From an uncultured bacterium (lineage in GTDB: Bacteria; Patescibacteriota; Minisyncoccia; UBA6257; GWB1-50-10): a stretch of 64,000 nucleotides of DNA. The stretch covers positions 281,903-345,902 of the forward strand of contig CAVYJB010000001.1 in assembly GCA_963768835.1 (NCBI GenBank), read 5' to 3'. Shown in pieces: positions 1 through 8,525 of this stretch (position 1 is the stretch's first letter; every line of letters starts with the position of its first letter). The translations under genes and the position numbers were made by a program. Under the pieces are notes generated by a model, which did not search any database, was not told where the DNA came from, and saw only the letters and a program-made list of their open reading frames with translations.

Positions 1-1
1 T

Positions 2-1402
2 GCCAAGGAACTCAACACGCTCGTCACCAGACTCCCTTTCGAACTCACCGCCTCCCAAGAGCACGCGCTTCAGGAGATACTCCGGGATCTTGCGCGGCCG
101 CACCCCATGAATCGGCTTCTCCAAGGGGATGTGGGCTCCGGCAAGACCATCCTCGCGGCGCTCGCGGCGCGTGCGGTTGCGCGTGCCGGGTGGCAAACCG
201 CGTTCATGGCTCCCACCGAAATTCTCGCCCGCCAGCACTACCGCACCCTTACGCGCCTCTTCCCTGAGTTTGAGAACGGCATCGCGCTCCTCACCTCCAG
301 CGAGGTCCGCGCGCATTATGGGCACGACTTGGAATCCGTGCCTTCCAAATCCTCGCTTGGAACCGCTATCGAGCGCGGGAAGATCGCCATCGCAATCGGC
401 ACGCATGCCTTGATCCAGAAAACGGTGCGATTCGCCCGCCTCGGGTTTGTCGTGGTGGACGAACAACACCGTTTCGGCGTCCGTCAGCGCGACACCCTCC
501 TGCATCACGCCTCGGCGAGACCTGGGACGGGCTCGCACTCCCACCCGCTTCCGCACTTCCTCTCGATGTCCGCGACTCCCATCCCCCGCACGCTCTCGCT
601 CACGCTCTTCGGGGATCTCGACGTCTCCCTCATCACGGAGCTCCCGAAGAACCGGAAACCGATCATCACGAAGGCTGTCGCCTCCGAGAACCGTCCCAAG
701 GCCTACGCCTTCATCCGCGGCCAGATCCACCAGGGGCGGCAGGCATTCGTCATCTGCCCCCGCATTGAGTCGAGCGGGAATCTGGAAGCGACGGAAGCGG
801 ACCTCCGAAAGCTGGAATGGAAATCCGTGGAAGAGGAGTATGAGAAGCTGAAGACGAAAATCTTTCCCGACCTCCGCGTGGCGATGCTGCACGGCCGCAT
901 GAAGCCCGCCGAGAAAGCAAAGATCATGCATGAGTTCGCGGCGGGCGCGCACGACATCCTCGTCGCCACCTCGGTGGTCGAGGTCGGCGTCGACATCCCC
1001 AACGCGGCCATCATGATGATCGAAGGCGCCGAACGCTTCGGGCTCGCCCAGCTCTACCAGTTCCGCGGACGCGTCGGCCGGGGGGCGCACCAGTCCTTCT
1101 GTTTCCTCTTCTCAGACTCCCCGACGCCCGAAACCCATGCGCGCCTCAAGGCCATCGTGGAAGCCCGCAACGGCTTCGAACTCGCGGAACAGGACCTGCG
1201 GCTCCGCGGCCCGGGTGAGTTCCTCGGCGAAATGCAGACGGGCATGCCGGACCTCGCGATGATCGCGCTCCAGAATCCCGCCGTCGTGCGGCGCGCGCGG
1301 GCGGCCGCCGAGCGCGTCCTCGCGAAGGATCCGACGCTCGCGCGGCACCCCCTGCTCCAGGACCGCCTCGCGGCCGCGGCGTCCCGCATCCACCGGGAGT
1401 AG
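2..1402 (+). CDS. recG: ATP-dependent DNA helicase RecG (5'-truncated by window edge)
   Basis: Frame is open from base 2 (LPFELTASQ...PMNRLLQGDVGSGKT). Has the DEQHRFG, MSATPIPRTL, QFRGRVGRG and GFELAEQDLRLRGPGE motifs of RecG. Confidence 0.96.
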   Translation, partial: AKELNTLVTRLPFELTASQEHALQEILRDLARPHPMNRLLQGDVGSGKTILAALAARAVARAGWQTAFMAPTEILARQHYRTLTRLFPEFENGIALLTSSEVRAHYGHDLESVPSKSSLGTAIERGKIAIAIGTHALIQKTVRFARLGFVVVDEQHRFGVRQRDTLLHHASARPGTGSHSHPLPHFLSMSATPIPRTLSLTLFGDLDVSLITELPKNRKPIITKAVASENRPKAYAFIRGQIHQGRQAFVICPRIESSGNLEATEADLRKLEWKSVEEEYEKLKTKIFPDLRVAMLHGRMKPAEKAKIMHEFAAGAHDILVATSVVEVGVDIPNAAIMMIEGAERFGLAQLYQFRGRVGRGAHQSFCFLFSDSPTPETHARLKAIVEARNGFELAEQDLRLRGPGEFLGEMQTGMPDLAMIALQNPAVVRRARAAAERVLAKDPTLARHPLLQDRLAAAASRIHRE

Positions 1403-1483
1403 CCCCCGTCGTTCCTTGCAGAGCGCCCCGCCTCACGCTACGATGGCGGTAGTTTCCTTTCATCCATAAACGCGTGAGGCGTT

Positions 1484-2179
1484 ATGACATACCGAACGAT
1501 TCTTTTGGGAGCACTCATAGGGGCGTTGTTCCAACCCCCGTCGTCCGCGGAACCGAAACCGCATACGATCATTCGAAGGAGCTGTTTCGCCGTCGATATC
1601 AACTACCACAGCGTCATTAAATGGTTCGGAGCGAAGATTCTCAACCTGGAACCCGATTCTCTCGTTCTCACCGAAACCGCGATCATAATCGGCGACAGCG
1701 AAGCCGCATGGTCCATGGAGCTCGCCGAGGGGCCGGATGCCCCATGGCTGCGCGTCAACTCGGACACCAGCGCGTCGTCTTTCACCAACCTCCCCCGCGA
1801 CGGCCGCAAGCGATTCCAGCCGGATGCCATCGCGTTCGTGACGAGACTTCGTGGATACCTCGTATGCCAGGACTCCTGCCCTCCTTCGCTCCTCGGCGCC
1901 CTGCATATGGACGCCACTCCGACGCTTGTGGCCTTCATTCCCGGTGAACCGCTCGCGATCCCCGACTCGGAAAAGGCGGAGGTCCGCGGCGGAAAACCCC
2001 GGCACCTCCACGTGGAGACACAAAATGAGACGACCGTCGCCCCCTACATCTCGGGGGAGCTGCTCATCGAGCACTGGAACGGCAACGTAATCTATCCCTT
2101 CGCCAGCGCGCACCTTCACGCGGAAAACATCGACGTGAAACTCTATCTCAGGCGCTTCTCGATCGACTATTGCCCGTAA
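1484..2179 (+). CDS. Hypothetical exported protein (231 aa)
   Basis: ATG ORF with signal-peptide-like N-terminus, followed by a terminator hairpin; no family recognised. Confidence 0.6.
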   Translation: MTYRTILLGALIGALFQPPSSAEPKPHTIIRRSCFAVDINYHSVIKWFGAKILNLEPDSLVLTETAIIIGDSEAAWSMELAEGPDAPWLRVNSDTSASSFTNLPRDGRKRFQPDAIAFVTRLRGYLVCQDSCPPSLLGALHMDATPTLVAFIPGEPLAIPDSEKAEVRGGKPRHLHVETQNETTVAPYISGELLIEHWNGNVIYPFASAHLHAENIDVKLYLRRFSIDYCP

Positions 2180-2204
2180 CATAAGAGCGACCTCCCATAA
2201 CCAC

Positions 2205-2229
2205 AAACCCCGCTTCTGCGGGGTTTCTT
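2205..2229. terminator. Rho-independent hairpin between convergent genes
   Basis: AAACCCCGC-TTCT-GCGGGGTTT. Confidence 0.7.
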
Positions 2230-2254
2230 ATATCTCTCTCGCAACCGCGCGGGT

Positions 2255-4261
2255 TCACCGCACCTCCGCGTTGAACTGGCGATCAAGCATGGCCGTGATC
2301 TTCTCGACAAGACGGTCCACCTCGACAGTCGTGAGGGTGCGGTCCTCACGCTGGAAGACGATCCGGAGCGTCACCCCCACCTGGTCCTCCCACCGAGGGT
2401 CGGTGTACTCGTCAATGAGATCCACATCGCTGATGACCCGGAGGTCGAGCGCCTGGATCGCCTGCATCACGTCGCCGATATGCGCCGCCACCGGCACCAT
2501 GACGGAAAGGTCACGCATCACGGAGGGGTATTTTGGGAGGGGCTCATACTCCTCCTCTTCCTCCACGAGTTCGAGAAGCATATCAAGGTCGAACTCCGCG
2601 ACGCTCACCTTCCACCCGCGCGGCGTTACCCTCGGATGCCCCAGGTAACCGAACGAGGTGCCGCCGGATCGGTACTCGAGGAGCGTAGCGGGGTCCAGGA
2701 ACCCGCGGCCCGCACTCTCGAGCCGCCCCGTCTTCCCCTTGCCATTCGCCGGTGCCGTCGCGAACTCAACGAGCCCGAGCCCTTCCAGAAGCTCTTCCGC
2801 GATACCCTTGAGCTCGAAGAATGCTTCCGTTCCCTTCGAGGCCCGCACGATGCCGATTTTCGCGTGCTCGCCGATGCCTTTGGGGGTCTTGTTCATCACC
2901 TTTCCGACCTCGAAGAGCCGCAGGTCGTCGAGGAACTTGGCGTTGTGCGCGACGCTCCCTAAGAGATTCGGGACGAGGGAAGGGCGGAGATAGAAAAATT
3001 CCTCGCTCACGGGGTTCTCGAGTTCCACGCAGTCCCCCACGACTCCCGCGCCCACCGTTTTCGAAATGAAGGAGCTGTTGTAAACCTCGTCCATCCCGAG
3101 CGACGCGAGGATGCCCCGCGCTTTCTCCCGGAAAACGATCGTCTCGTCCTGCACGCCGGGGTTGAGATAGACATGGGGAGGGTGGGCCGCAAGCCTCCCG
3201 TATCCGTAGAGCCGCACGACCTCTTCCGCAAGGTCGGCGTGCGTCTCGATATCGATGCGCCACGGCGGCACTTCCCATGCATTGGGGCCTGCGCTCCGGA
3301 ACCCTAATCGCGCAAGGAGCGCGCCCGCTTCGGCCCGTCCGAGCGACGAACCAATAAGGCGGTTGAAATTGTTCACGTCGAACTTCAGCACGCGGCGCGG
3401 GGCGGGACGTGTCCGGGAATCGAACCACGCAATGGGCTTGGCGCCCGACTCCACGAGCAGACGGGCGGCGCGCATAAGCCCGAGACCCGCGAGGTGGGGC
3501 GCAAGGGTATGGGCGAAGCGAACCGACGCGTCGGTGACAAGACCTAGAGCGCGGGAGGTACGGTAGACGGAGATAGGATCGAAGTTTGCGGACTCCACAA
3601 TGATACGCTTCGTCGTCGGGCCAATCTCGGCGCTCTTCCCTCCTTTCACGCCCGCGATAGCCACCGGCTTCACTCGGTCCGCGATGACGAGTATTTCAGG
3701 CGAGAGCGCATACGTCGCCCCGTCGATCGTGACGATGGATTCCCCGGCCTTCGCGCGACGTACCACGAGGCGCCCTCCGTCGAGCTTGTCGGCGTCGAAC
3801 GCATGGAGGGGCTGGCCCATCTCAAGCATCGCATAGTTCATGACGTCCACCACGAAATTGATGGGCCGGAGCCCGCATTCCCGGAGCGCCGCCTGCATCC
3901 ACTTCGGGGAAGGCCGCGGAGAAACGCCTTCGAGCAGGAGGGCAGTGTATCGCGGGCAGAGTCGTTCCTCTTCCACCTTCACAATGAGGCCCGCGCCGGG
4001 ACGAGCAGATCGCGGAGGGGGTGTCAGGAGCGCGCGCTTCTCATCGAAGGACACAGGGCAACTCAAGATAGCCCCGATCTCACGCGCAAGTCCCAGATGT
4101 GAACCGGCGTCGGAATAGCGATTGGGGGGGAGCTTCACTTCAAGAGCGTCACCTGGGGCATTTTCTGCCTCGAAGGCGTGCAGGGTCAGAGCCTCAAGGA
4201 CCTGGGGTTTGCCCTTGAGCTTGGGAACGAAGGTTTTGAGGAGGGAGTAAGAAAATCTCAT
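2255..4261 (-). CDS. pheT: Phenylalanine--tRNA ligase beta subunit (lacks the B2/OB-fold insert)
   Basis: PPNRYSD..HLGLARE, INFVVDVMNY.MLEMGQPLHAFD, DLAEEVVRLYGY and a C-terminal FDX-ACB domain; directly downstream of pheS. Confidence 0.95.
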   Translation of the reverse strand: MRFSYSLLKTFVPKLKGKPQVLEALTLHAFEAENAPGDALEVKLPPNRYSDAGSHLGLAREIGAILSCPVSFDEKRALLTPPPRSARPGAGLIVKVEEERLCPRYTALLLEGVSPRPSPKWMQAALRECGLRPINFVVDVMNYAMLEMGQPLHAFDADKLDGGRLVVRRAKAGESIVTIDGATYALSPEILVIADRVKPVAIAGVKGGKSAEIGPTTKRIIVESANFDPISVYRTSRALGLVTDASVRFAHTLAPHLAGLGLMRAARLLVESGAKPIAWFDSRTRPAPRRVLKFDVNNFNRLIGSSLGRAEAGALLARLGFRSAGPNAWEVPPWRIDIETHADLAEEVVRLYGYGRLAAHPPHVYLNPGVQDETIVFREKARGILASLGMDEVYNSSFISKTVGAGVVGDCVELENPVSEEFFYLRPSLVPNLLGSVAHNAKFLDDLRLFEVGKVMNKTPKGIGEHAKIGIVRASKGTEAFFELKGIAEELLEGLGLVEFATAPANGKGKTGRLESAGRGFLDPATLLEYRSGGTSFGYLGHPRVTPRGWKVSVAEFDLDMLLELVEEEEEYEPLPKYPSVMRDLSVMVPVAAHIGDVMQAIQALDLRVISDVDLIDEYTDPRWEDQVGVTLRIVFQREDRTLTTVEVDRLVEKITAMLDRQFNAEVR

Positions 4262-4265
4262 GGTG

Positions 4266-5258
4266 TTAGAACTGCCGCACGAACCGGACGTCGCCCGAGT
4301 AGAAAAGGCGGATATCGGGCACGTGGTATTTGATCATCGCCAGACGGTCCAGCCCCACGCCAAACGCAAACCCTTGCATCGTTTCGGGGTTGTAGCGCAC
4401 CGCGTCGAAAACGTTCCGGTGCACCATCCCCGCCCCCATGACCTCAAGCCACCGATCTCCCTTGAAGCGGATGTCCACTTCGACACCCGGCTCCACGAAC
4501 GGGAAGTAGCTCGGTCGGAAGCGGAACTCCACGTTGTTCCCCAAGAGGCGGCGGAGAAACTCCTCTACGACGAACTTCAGGTTGGAGAGGGACACGTCAG
4601 GACCGACCATCAGCCCTTCTACCTGGTAAAAGTTAATCTCATGGGAGGCGTCCGTCGGCTCGTACCGGAAAACGCGTCCGGGGACAATGATCTGAAATGG
4701 CGGGTTGTGGGAAAGCATGTACCGGATCTGCATGGGCGAGGTATGCGTGCGGAGAAGCAGCTTGGGATCCCCGCGCTTGGTCCCGTTCCCTTTGATCCAG
4801 AAAGTATCCCAGAGATCCCGCGCTGGATGGTCCGGCGGGATGTTTAACGCATCGAAGTTGTGATACTCCGTCTCGACTTCGGGCCCCTCGACGACGGAGA
4901 AGTTCATCGAGGCAAAGATGCGCCGCACTTCAGCGTCTATCCGCGTGAGAGGATGCAGGTGCCCACGCGCCGCGCGCTTCCCGGGTTTCGTGACATCGAA
5001 CTGCCGTTCGGTGGGAGCCTTCTCCAACGCTCCCCGACGAGCCTTAAGAGCTCCTTCAAGCTTCCCTTTGAGAGCGTTTGCCGCCGGACCGAGTTTTTTG
5101 CGCTCCGCGAGCGGCCGGTTTTTCAAGGACCGCAGGACCTCCGTGAGCTTCCCGTGTTCGCGGCCGAGATACTCCACGCGCACCGCTTCAAGCGCGGCGA
5201 CATCCTTCGCTTTCGCGATGCTCTCGAGAGCCTGATGTTCTAGTTTTCCCAGGTCCAT
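4266..5258 (-). CDS. pheS: Phenylalanine--tRNA ligase alpha subunit
   Basis: NFDALNIPPDHPARD, LLRTHTS, RFRPSYFPFVEP and GFAFGVGLDRLAM. Start moved to ATG 5258, which follows a GGAGG RBS. Confidence 0.97.
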   Translation of the reverse strand: MDLGKLEHQALESIAKAKDVAALEAVRVEYLGREHGKLTEVLRSLKNRPLAERKKLGPAANALKGKLEGALKARRGALEKAPTERQFDVTKPGKRAARGHLHPLTRIDAEVRRIFASMNFSVVEGPEVETEYHNFDALNIPPDHPARDLWDTFWIKGNGTKRGDPKLLLRTHTSPMQIRYMLSHNPPFQIIVPGRVFRYEPTDASHEINFYQVEGLMVGPDVSLSNLKFVVEEFLRRLLGNNVEFRFRPSYFPFVEPGVEVDIRFKGDRWLEVMGAGMVHRNVFDAVRYNPETMQGFAFGVGLDRLAMIKYHVPDIRLFYSGDVRFVRQF

Positions 5259-5337
5259 AGCACCTCCATTATATATCCGACATCCGCGATGTGGAAAGCA
5301 TAATTGAATTTTAGGGGCGGACGGTGTAGGATGGCTC

Positions 5338-5412
5338 CGCGGGGAGGAGTAACGGTTGCTCGTCAGGCTCATAACCTGAAGGTAGTGGGTTCAATTCCCG
5401 CCCCCGCAACCA
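5338..5412 (+). tRNA. tRNA-Met(CAT), initiator type
   Basis: Cloverleaf CGCGGGG...CCCCGCA-A-CCA with C1:A72 mismatch; anticodon arm TCAGG-CTCATAA-CCTGA; T-loop TTCAATT. Confidence 0.9.
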
Positions 5413-5525
5413 TGGAAAGCGGCTTCGCCACCTCATGCCAAGCCATCCAGCCTGTTATCGTCTAACGTACGGCTGCATAGAAAGCGGCTTGCGCACGATT
5501 TCAACTTCGTGTCTAATAAAACCAC

Positions 5526-5598
5526 GCCGGCGTAGCTCAGCGGTTAGAGCGAGGCATTCATAACGCCTAGGTCGGAGGTTCGACTCCTCCCGTCGGCA
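5526..5598 (+). tRNA. tRNA with CAT anticodon (probably elongator Met; Ile2 not excluded)
   Basis: GCCGGCG...CGTCGGC-A acceptor; TAGCTCAGCGGTTAGAGC D arm; loop TTCATAA; GGAGG-TTCGACT-CCTCC T arm; no CCA. Confidence 0.88.
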
Positions 5599-5645
5599 CT
5601 GTTCGTACACGTTCTTTCACACACACCAACCATAAGGAGGTTGCT

Positions 5646-6206
5646 ATGAAAACATCGGATACGGCTGTGCAATCAGTAACGGTCATACCGCAGTCATCTA
5701 CAGAAGCCGCTGCGCATCTTATAAAAATCGCTGCGGAGCGACGCGCCCTCGACGAGGTCAACGGGCGCCTCAACCGGAAGGTGGAGGAGCTCAAAGCGGA
5801 TGCAATGACGGAAGCGAAACCACACCAGGAAGAACTCATCCGATTGATTTACGGCCTCTACGAGTACGCAAAGAAAAACCGCGAAATCCTCACCGAGGGC
5901 GGGAAAACGAAAACCGTCGAGCTGCCAACGGGCAGCTTCGGGTGGCGCTTCAACCCCCCATCTGTCAGCGTCCGCAAAGTAAAAGAGGTTATTAAATACC
6001 TGAGGAGCAAACGCCTGACACGCTTCATACGAGTCAAGGAAGAGGTCGACAAGAAGGCGCTTGGCAAGTCGCCCAAGACAGCCCTCACCATCAAGGGAGT
6101 GACGATCAAACAGGAGGAGGTCTTCGTTGTAACACCGAACGAGCTCAGGGCGGAAATCCCCATGCGGATCGTGGCTCTGGAAAAACTCGAGAAGAAACGG
6201 GCATAG
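5646..6206 (+). CDS. gam: Mu Gam-family host-nuclease inhibitor (dsDNA end-binding protein)
   Basis: Coiled-coil N-terminal half, then KTKTVELPTGSFGWRFNPPSV, FIRVKEEVDK and IKGVTIKQEEVFVVTP, typical of Mu Gam; AAGGAGG RBS. Confidence 0.88.
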   Translation: MKTSDTAVQSVTVIPQSSTEAAAHLIKIAAERRALDEVNGRLNRKVEELKADAMTEAKPHQEELIRLIYGLYEYAKKNREILTEGGKTKTVELPTGSFGWRFNPPSVSVRKVKEVIKYLRSKRLTRFIRVKEEVDKKALGKSPKTALTIKGVTIKQEEVFVVTPNELRAEIPMRIVALEKLEKKRA

Positions 6207-6239
6207 CTACCATCGGAGATTCCTATCGAGAATCTCTAT

Positions 6240-6260
6240 AATCCCCTTCGGGGGATTTTT
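6240..6260 (+). terminator. Terminator after gam
   Basis: AATCCCC-TTCG-GGGGATT-TTT. Confidence 0.8.
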
Positions 6261-6297
6261 GTTTATATCGACAATCGCCCGAGCCTTGGATACCATT

Positions 6298-6746
6298 ATG
6301 GGAATGACGGAAAGCCAACAGAAACAAATTATCTCGCTTGCCCGCTCGCTTATCGGGAAGCCCTACAAGTACGGCGCGACGCCGGAGGAGGCCCCAGATG
6401 TATTTGATTGCTCGTCCTTCATACAGTACATCTTCAAACAGATCGGGGTTCAGATCCCCCGCGTGAGCACCTTCCAGGCGGCGGACCCGCAGGGAACTGA
6501 AATCATTCCTTCGGAGGACCTGTCGAACCTGCAGCCGGGTGATCCTATCTTCACCCGCGGCACCATCGGGAGATACAACGACGAGTTATTCGGGGGAGAA
6601 AGATAGACATTGGCCACGTCGCGATGATCTCTGGAAACGGGAATGTGTTGCACTCGCGGCATCGATTGGGGGGCGTTACGGAACAAAAAATAGCCGAGCT
6701 CACCTCGGAACCGAACTATAAGATCGTGCTGGTGAAACGTTTCTAA
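6298..6746 (+). pseudogene. NlpC/P60 peptidase, split by an apparent 1-nt deletion in the G5 run at 6592-6596
   Basis: First frame has GKPYKYG...FDCSSF...QPGD. The -1 frame continues IDIGHVAMISGNGNVLH...VKRF*, with the catalytic His; its stop overlaps the next ATG (TAATG). May be a sequencing error. Confidence 0.8.
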
Positions 6747-7282
6747 TGCAGCGCGGTGTCCCCCACTACTCACAGTTTCTCGACGTCAAAAATAAACTTT
6801 GGCAGCCGCTCTCCTGCGGAATCGTGTCACTGAAAATAGTGCTCGATTACTGGCACCAGTCCGGGCGCCTGCGACGCGTGCCCCCGTCTATACCGGCACT
6901 GAATCGTCTCGGGCACGAGATGGAGGCTTACGTATGGAACCGTGGTTGGTCGCACCGTGGTTTAGTACTCCTTGCGCGCCGTTTCGGGCTCCACGGTGAG
7001 AATTTAGACTGGGCTTCGCTTCCCTCTCATGCCGCGTTCCGAAAACTCCTTCCGCTCCTCCGCCGCGGGCCAGTCATCGCATCGATCTATCGTTACCCTA
7101 GAGAGAAACGGGGCGGGCATCTTGTCGTGGTGACCGAGGTCGAAGCGGGGAAGGTGTATCTTCTTGACCCGATCGCAAAGACCCGCAGTCGTATCCCCCG
7201 CATTATTACACGCAAGGCGTTCCTCGAAGCATGGAAACGCCGCATTGTTGTGGTGCGGCCACGTTTGCGAAAACGACGGTAG
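6746..7282 (+). CDS. C39-like cysteine peptidase
   Basis: VPHYSQ...SCGIVSLKIVLDY...GGHLVVV...YLLDP (Cys-His-Asp pattern). Confidence 0.8.
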   Translation: MQRGVPHYSQFLDVKNKLWQPLSCGIVSLKIVLDYWHQSGRLRRVPPSIPALNRLGHEMEAYVWNRGWSHRGLVLLARRFGLHGENLDWASLPSHAAFRKLLPLLRRGPVIASIYRYPREKRGGHLVVVTEVEAGKVYLLDPIAKTRSRIPRIITRKAFLEAWKRRIVVVRPRLRKRR

Positions 7283-7304
7283 GTTGATACACTAAAAGTC
7301 GCGT

Positions 7305-7380
7305 GCGGGCGTAGCTCAGCCCGGTTTAGAGCGTCCCCCTGTCACGGGGAAGGCCGTGGGTTCAAATCCCATCGCCCGCG
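7305..7380 (+). tRNA. tRNA-Asp(GTC)
   Basis: GCGGGCG...CGCCCGC-G acceptor; TCCCC-CTGTCAC-GGGGA anticodon arm; GTGGG-TTCAAAT-CCCAT T arm. Confidence 0.94.
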
Positions 7381-7442
7381 CAAACCCAGAAACCCTGATG
7401 TCGTCAGGGTTTCTTTTTACACCCTTGTGAGACGTTGGAACT
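7378..7442 (+). repeat. Left-arm repeat copy A (tRNA-Asp 3' flank with terminator hairpin)
   Basis: 54/65 identical to 8521-8585 by manual alignment, ungapped, all mismatches transitions; contains AGAAACCCTGA-N5-TCAGGGTTTCT-TTTT. Confidence 0.9.
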
Positions 7443-7471
7443 GGTCGTTATTAAAGATTCCTACTCTCCGG

Positions 7472-7504
7472 AAGAAAAAGACCCCGTTCATATCGAACGG
7501 GGTC
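7472..7504 (-). terminator. Hairpin plus U-tract downstream of the 7525-8208 gene
   Basis: Minus strand GACCCCGTTC-GATAT-GAACGGGGTC-TTTTTCTT. Confidence 0.8.
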
Positions 7505-7524
7505 AACATCAAGAACCAAAGAGG

Positions 7525-8208
7525 TCAGCTGCGGGAGAACACGCAAGAGCCATCGTCCCACCTGTCGTCATCCAGGCCGATCGCATTCAGGTCCCACACG
7601 CGGAAACCAGAGCCCCAGCGCACGCGCACCGCAACCACGCGCGAATCTTCCAGTCGAATATAGAAGATGTTGGCGTAGCCGTTCGTGAGGAGGATTCCAT
7701 CCTCACCGTTCGGTTGCCTAGTGAGCAGATCACGAATAATCACAGCGAACTCTCCTGCGGTAAAGGGTCTCGGTTGCCCGAGCTCGTTCAGGATGGCCGA
7801 GTCATACATATACTCGGTGAGCTGGGTCTTCATAAGATTGCCCTGAAACGCCTCAATGGTTTCAGGTATTTCCTTGAGCACCCAGTCTGCGAAGCTGTCC
7901 CCGAAGTAGAGCTTCACGGGACCGGTCTTCATGAAGAAGGAGTGTTTGGGAAAAGGCGCGTTGGCCACCCTGAACGCGGCGATGAGCTGCCTCAGGGATT
8001 TCAGAGCGAGGCCCTTCGCTCCATTCGTTCCGGCTACGATGAGTCCGGCAATCATTCCCGCCATCTGGGGAATCAGGTTATTCTTCGACTTCAATGCGTC
8101 GAAGATTTGCTCCTCCGTCACATTCTGCTTCTTCAGTTCCTTGAAGAGCGCGGAGAAGAAGTCCACCACGAACATCAGGGCTTGCATCACCAGCGATTTG
8201 CGTGCCAT
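7525..8208 (-). CDS. Hypothetical protein with DGR-target-like (C-type-lectin-like) C-terminus
   Basis: ATG 8208 after GGAGG RBS; ends YANIFY...VAVRVRWGSGFRVWDLNAIGLDDDRWDDGSCVFSRS. The ORF is solid; the function is inferred. Confidence 0.7.
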   Translation of the reverse strand: MARKSLVMQALMFVVDFFSALFKELKKQNVTEEQIFDALKSKNNLIPQMAGMIAGLIVAGTNGAKGLALKSLRQLIAAFRVANAPFPKHSFFMKTGPVKLYFGDSFADWVLKEIPETIEAFQGNLMKTQLTEYMYDSAILNELGQPRPFTAGEFAVIIRDLLTRQPNGEDGILLTNGYANIFYIRLEDSRVVAVRVRWGSGFRVWDLNAIGLDDDRWDDGSCVFSRS

Positions 8209-8291
8209 ATGGCACCTCCAGTATTGTGGTTTTCCATCACTCCGTCGTTTGGTCGGGAGCATCGGAAAAACCATTGGGAAAGAACGACATC

Positions 8292-8320
8292 GTTATACTA
8301 TGACAATTTGTACATGTCAA
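8292..8320 (-). promoter_or_regulatory. Sigma70-type promoter for the cassette-1 gene
   Basis: Minus strand TTGACA-N17-TATAAC. Confidence 0.75.
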
Positions 8321-8348
8321 GCATATCCTCACTACTACCTCTAGTGTA

Positions 8349-8384
8349 CCAGCTTCGCCACAAAAATCGGCTCCTTCTGCTCCG
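8349..8384 (+). repeat. Truncated copy (R0) of the 72-bp repeat, 5' half only
   Basis: CCAGCTTCGCCACAAAAATCGGCTCCTTCTGCTCCG matches the 5' halves of R1-R3. Confidence 0.8.
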
Positions 8385-8453
8385 CAGTAGAGAGCACCTA
8401 AGAATTCAGTTTGAAAGGAGCCTCGGCGCAATTAGGACGATTTAGATATATAT

Positions 8454-8525
8454 CCAACTTCGCCACAAAAACAGACCCCCCGTACCCCCGTATCGCAGTT
8501 CCAATAGCGTCCACGAGGGCGCGCA
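8454..8525 (+). repeat. 72-bp cassette-end repeat R1 (att-like)
   Basis: Ends in GTTCCAATAGCGTCCACGAGGGCGCGCA. Confidence 0.92.

Noticed and set aside
5259-5372. N-terminal extension of pheS given in the ORF track
   Set aside because: It overlaps the initiator tRNA; the RBS-supported ATG is at 5258.
5415-5495. Direct repeat GAAAGCGGCTT x2 between the two CAT tRNAs
   Set aside because: Only 11 bp and two copies with no associated cargo; cannot be distinguished from chance or a local duplication.
5646-7282. Prophage at the tRNA-Met cluster
   Set aside because: Only gam is phage-related; there is no integrase, transposase, terminase or structural gene.
7525-7640. A complete DGR within this window
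   Set aside because: No reverse transcriptase, Avd or adenine-rich template repeat was found by eye in the intergenic regions; only a target-like gene is reported.
7435-8445. 336-aa + strand ORF in cassette 1 as a possible integrase
   Set aside because: It is antisense to the gene that has the RBS, promoter and terminator, and has no serine or tyrosine recombinase motifs.
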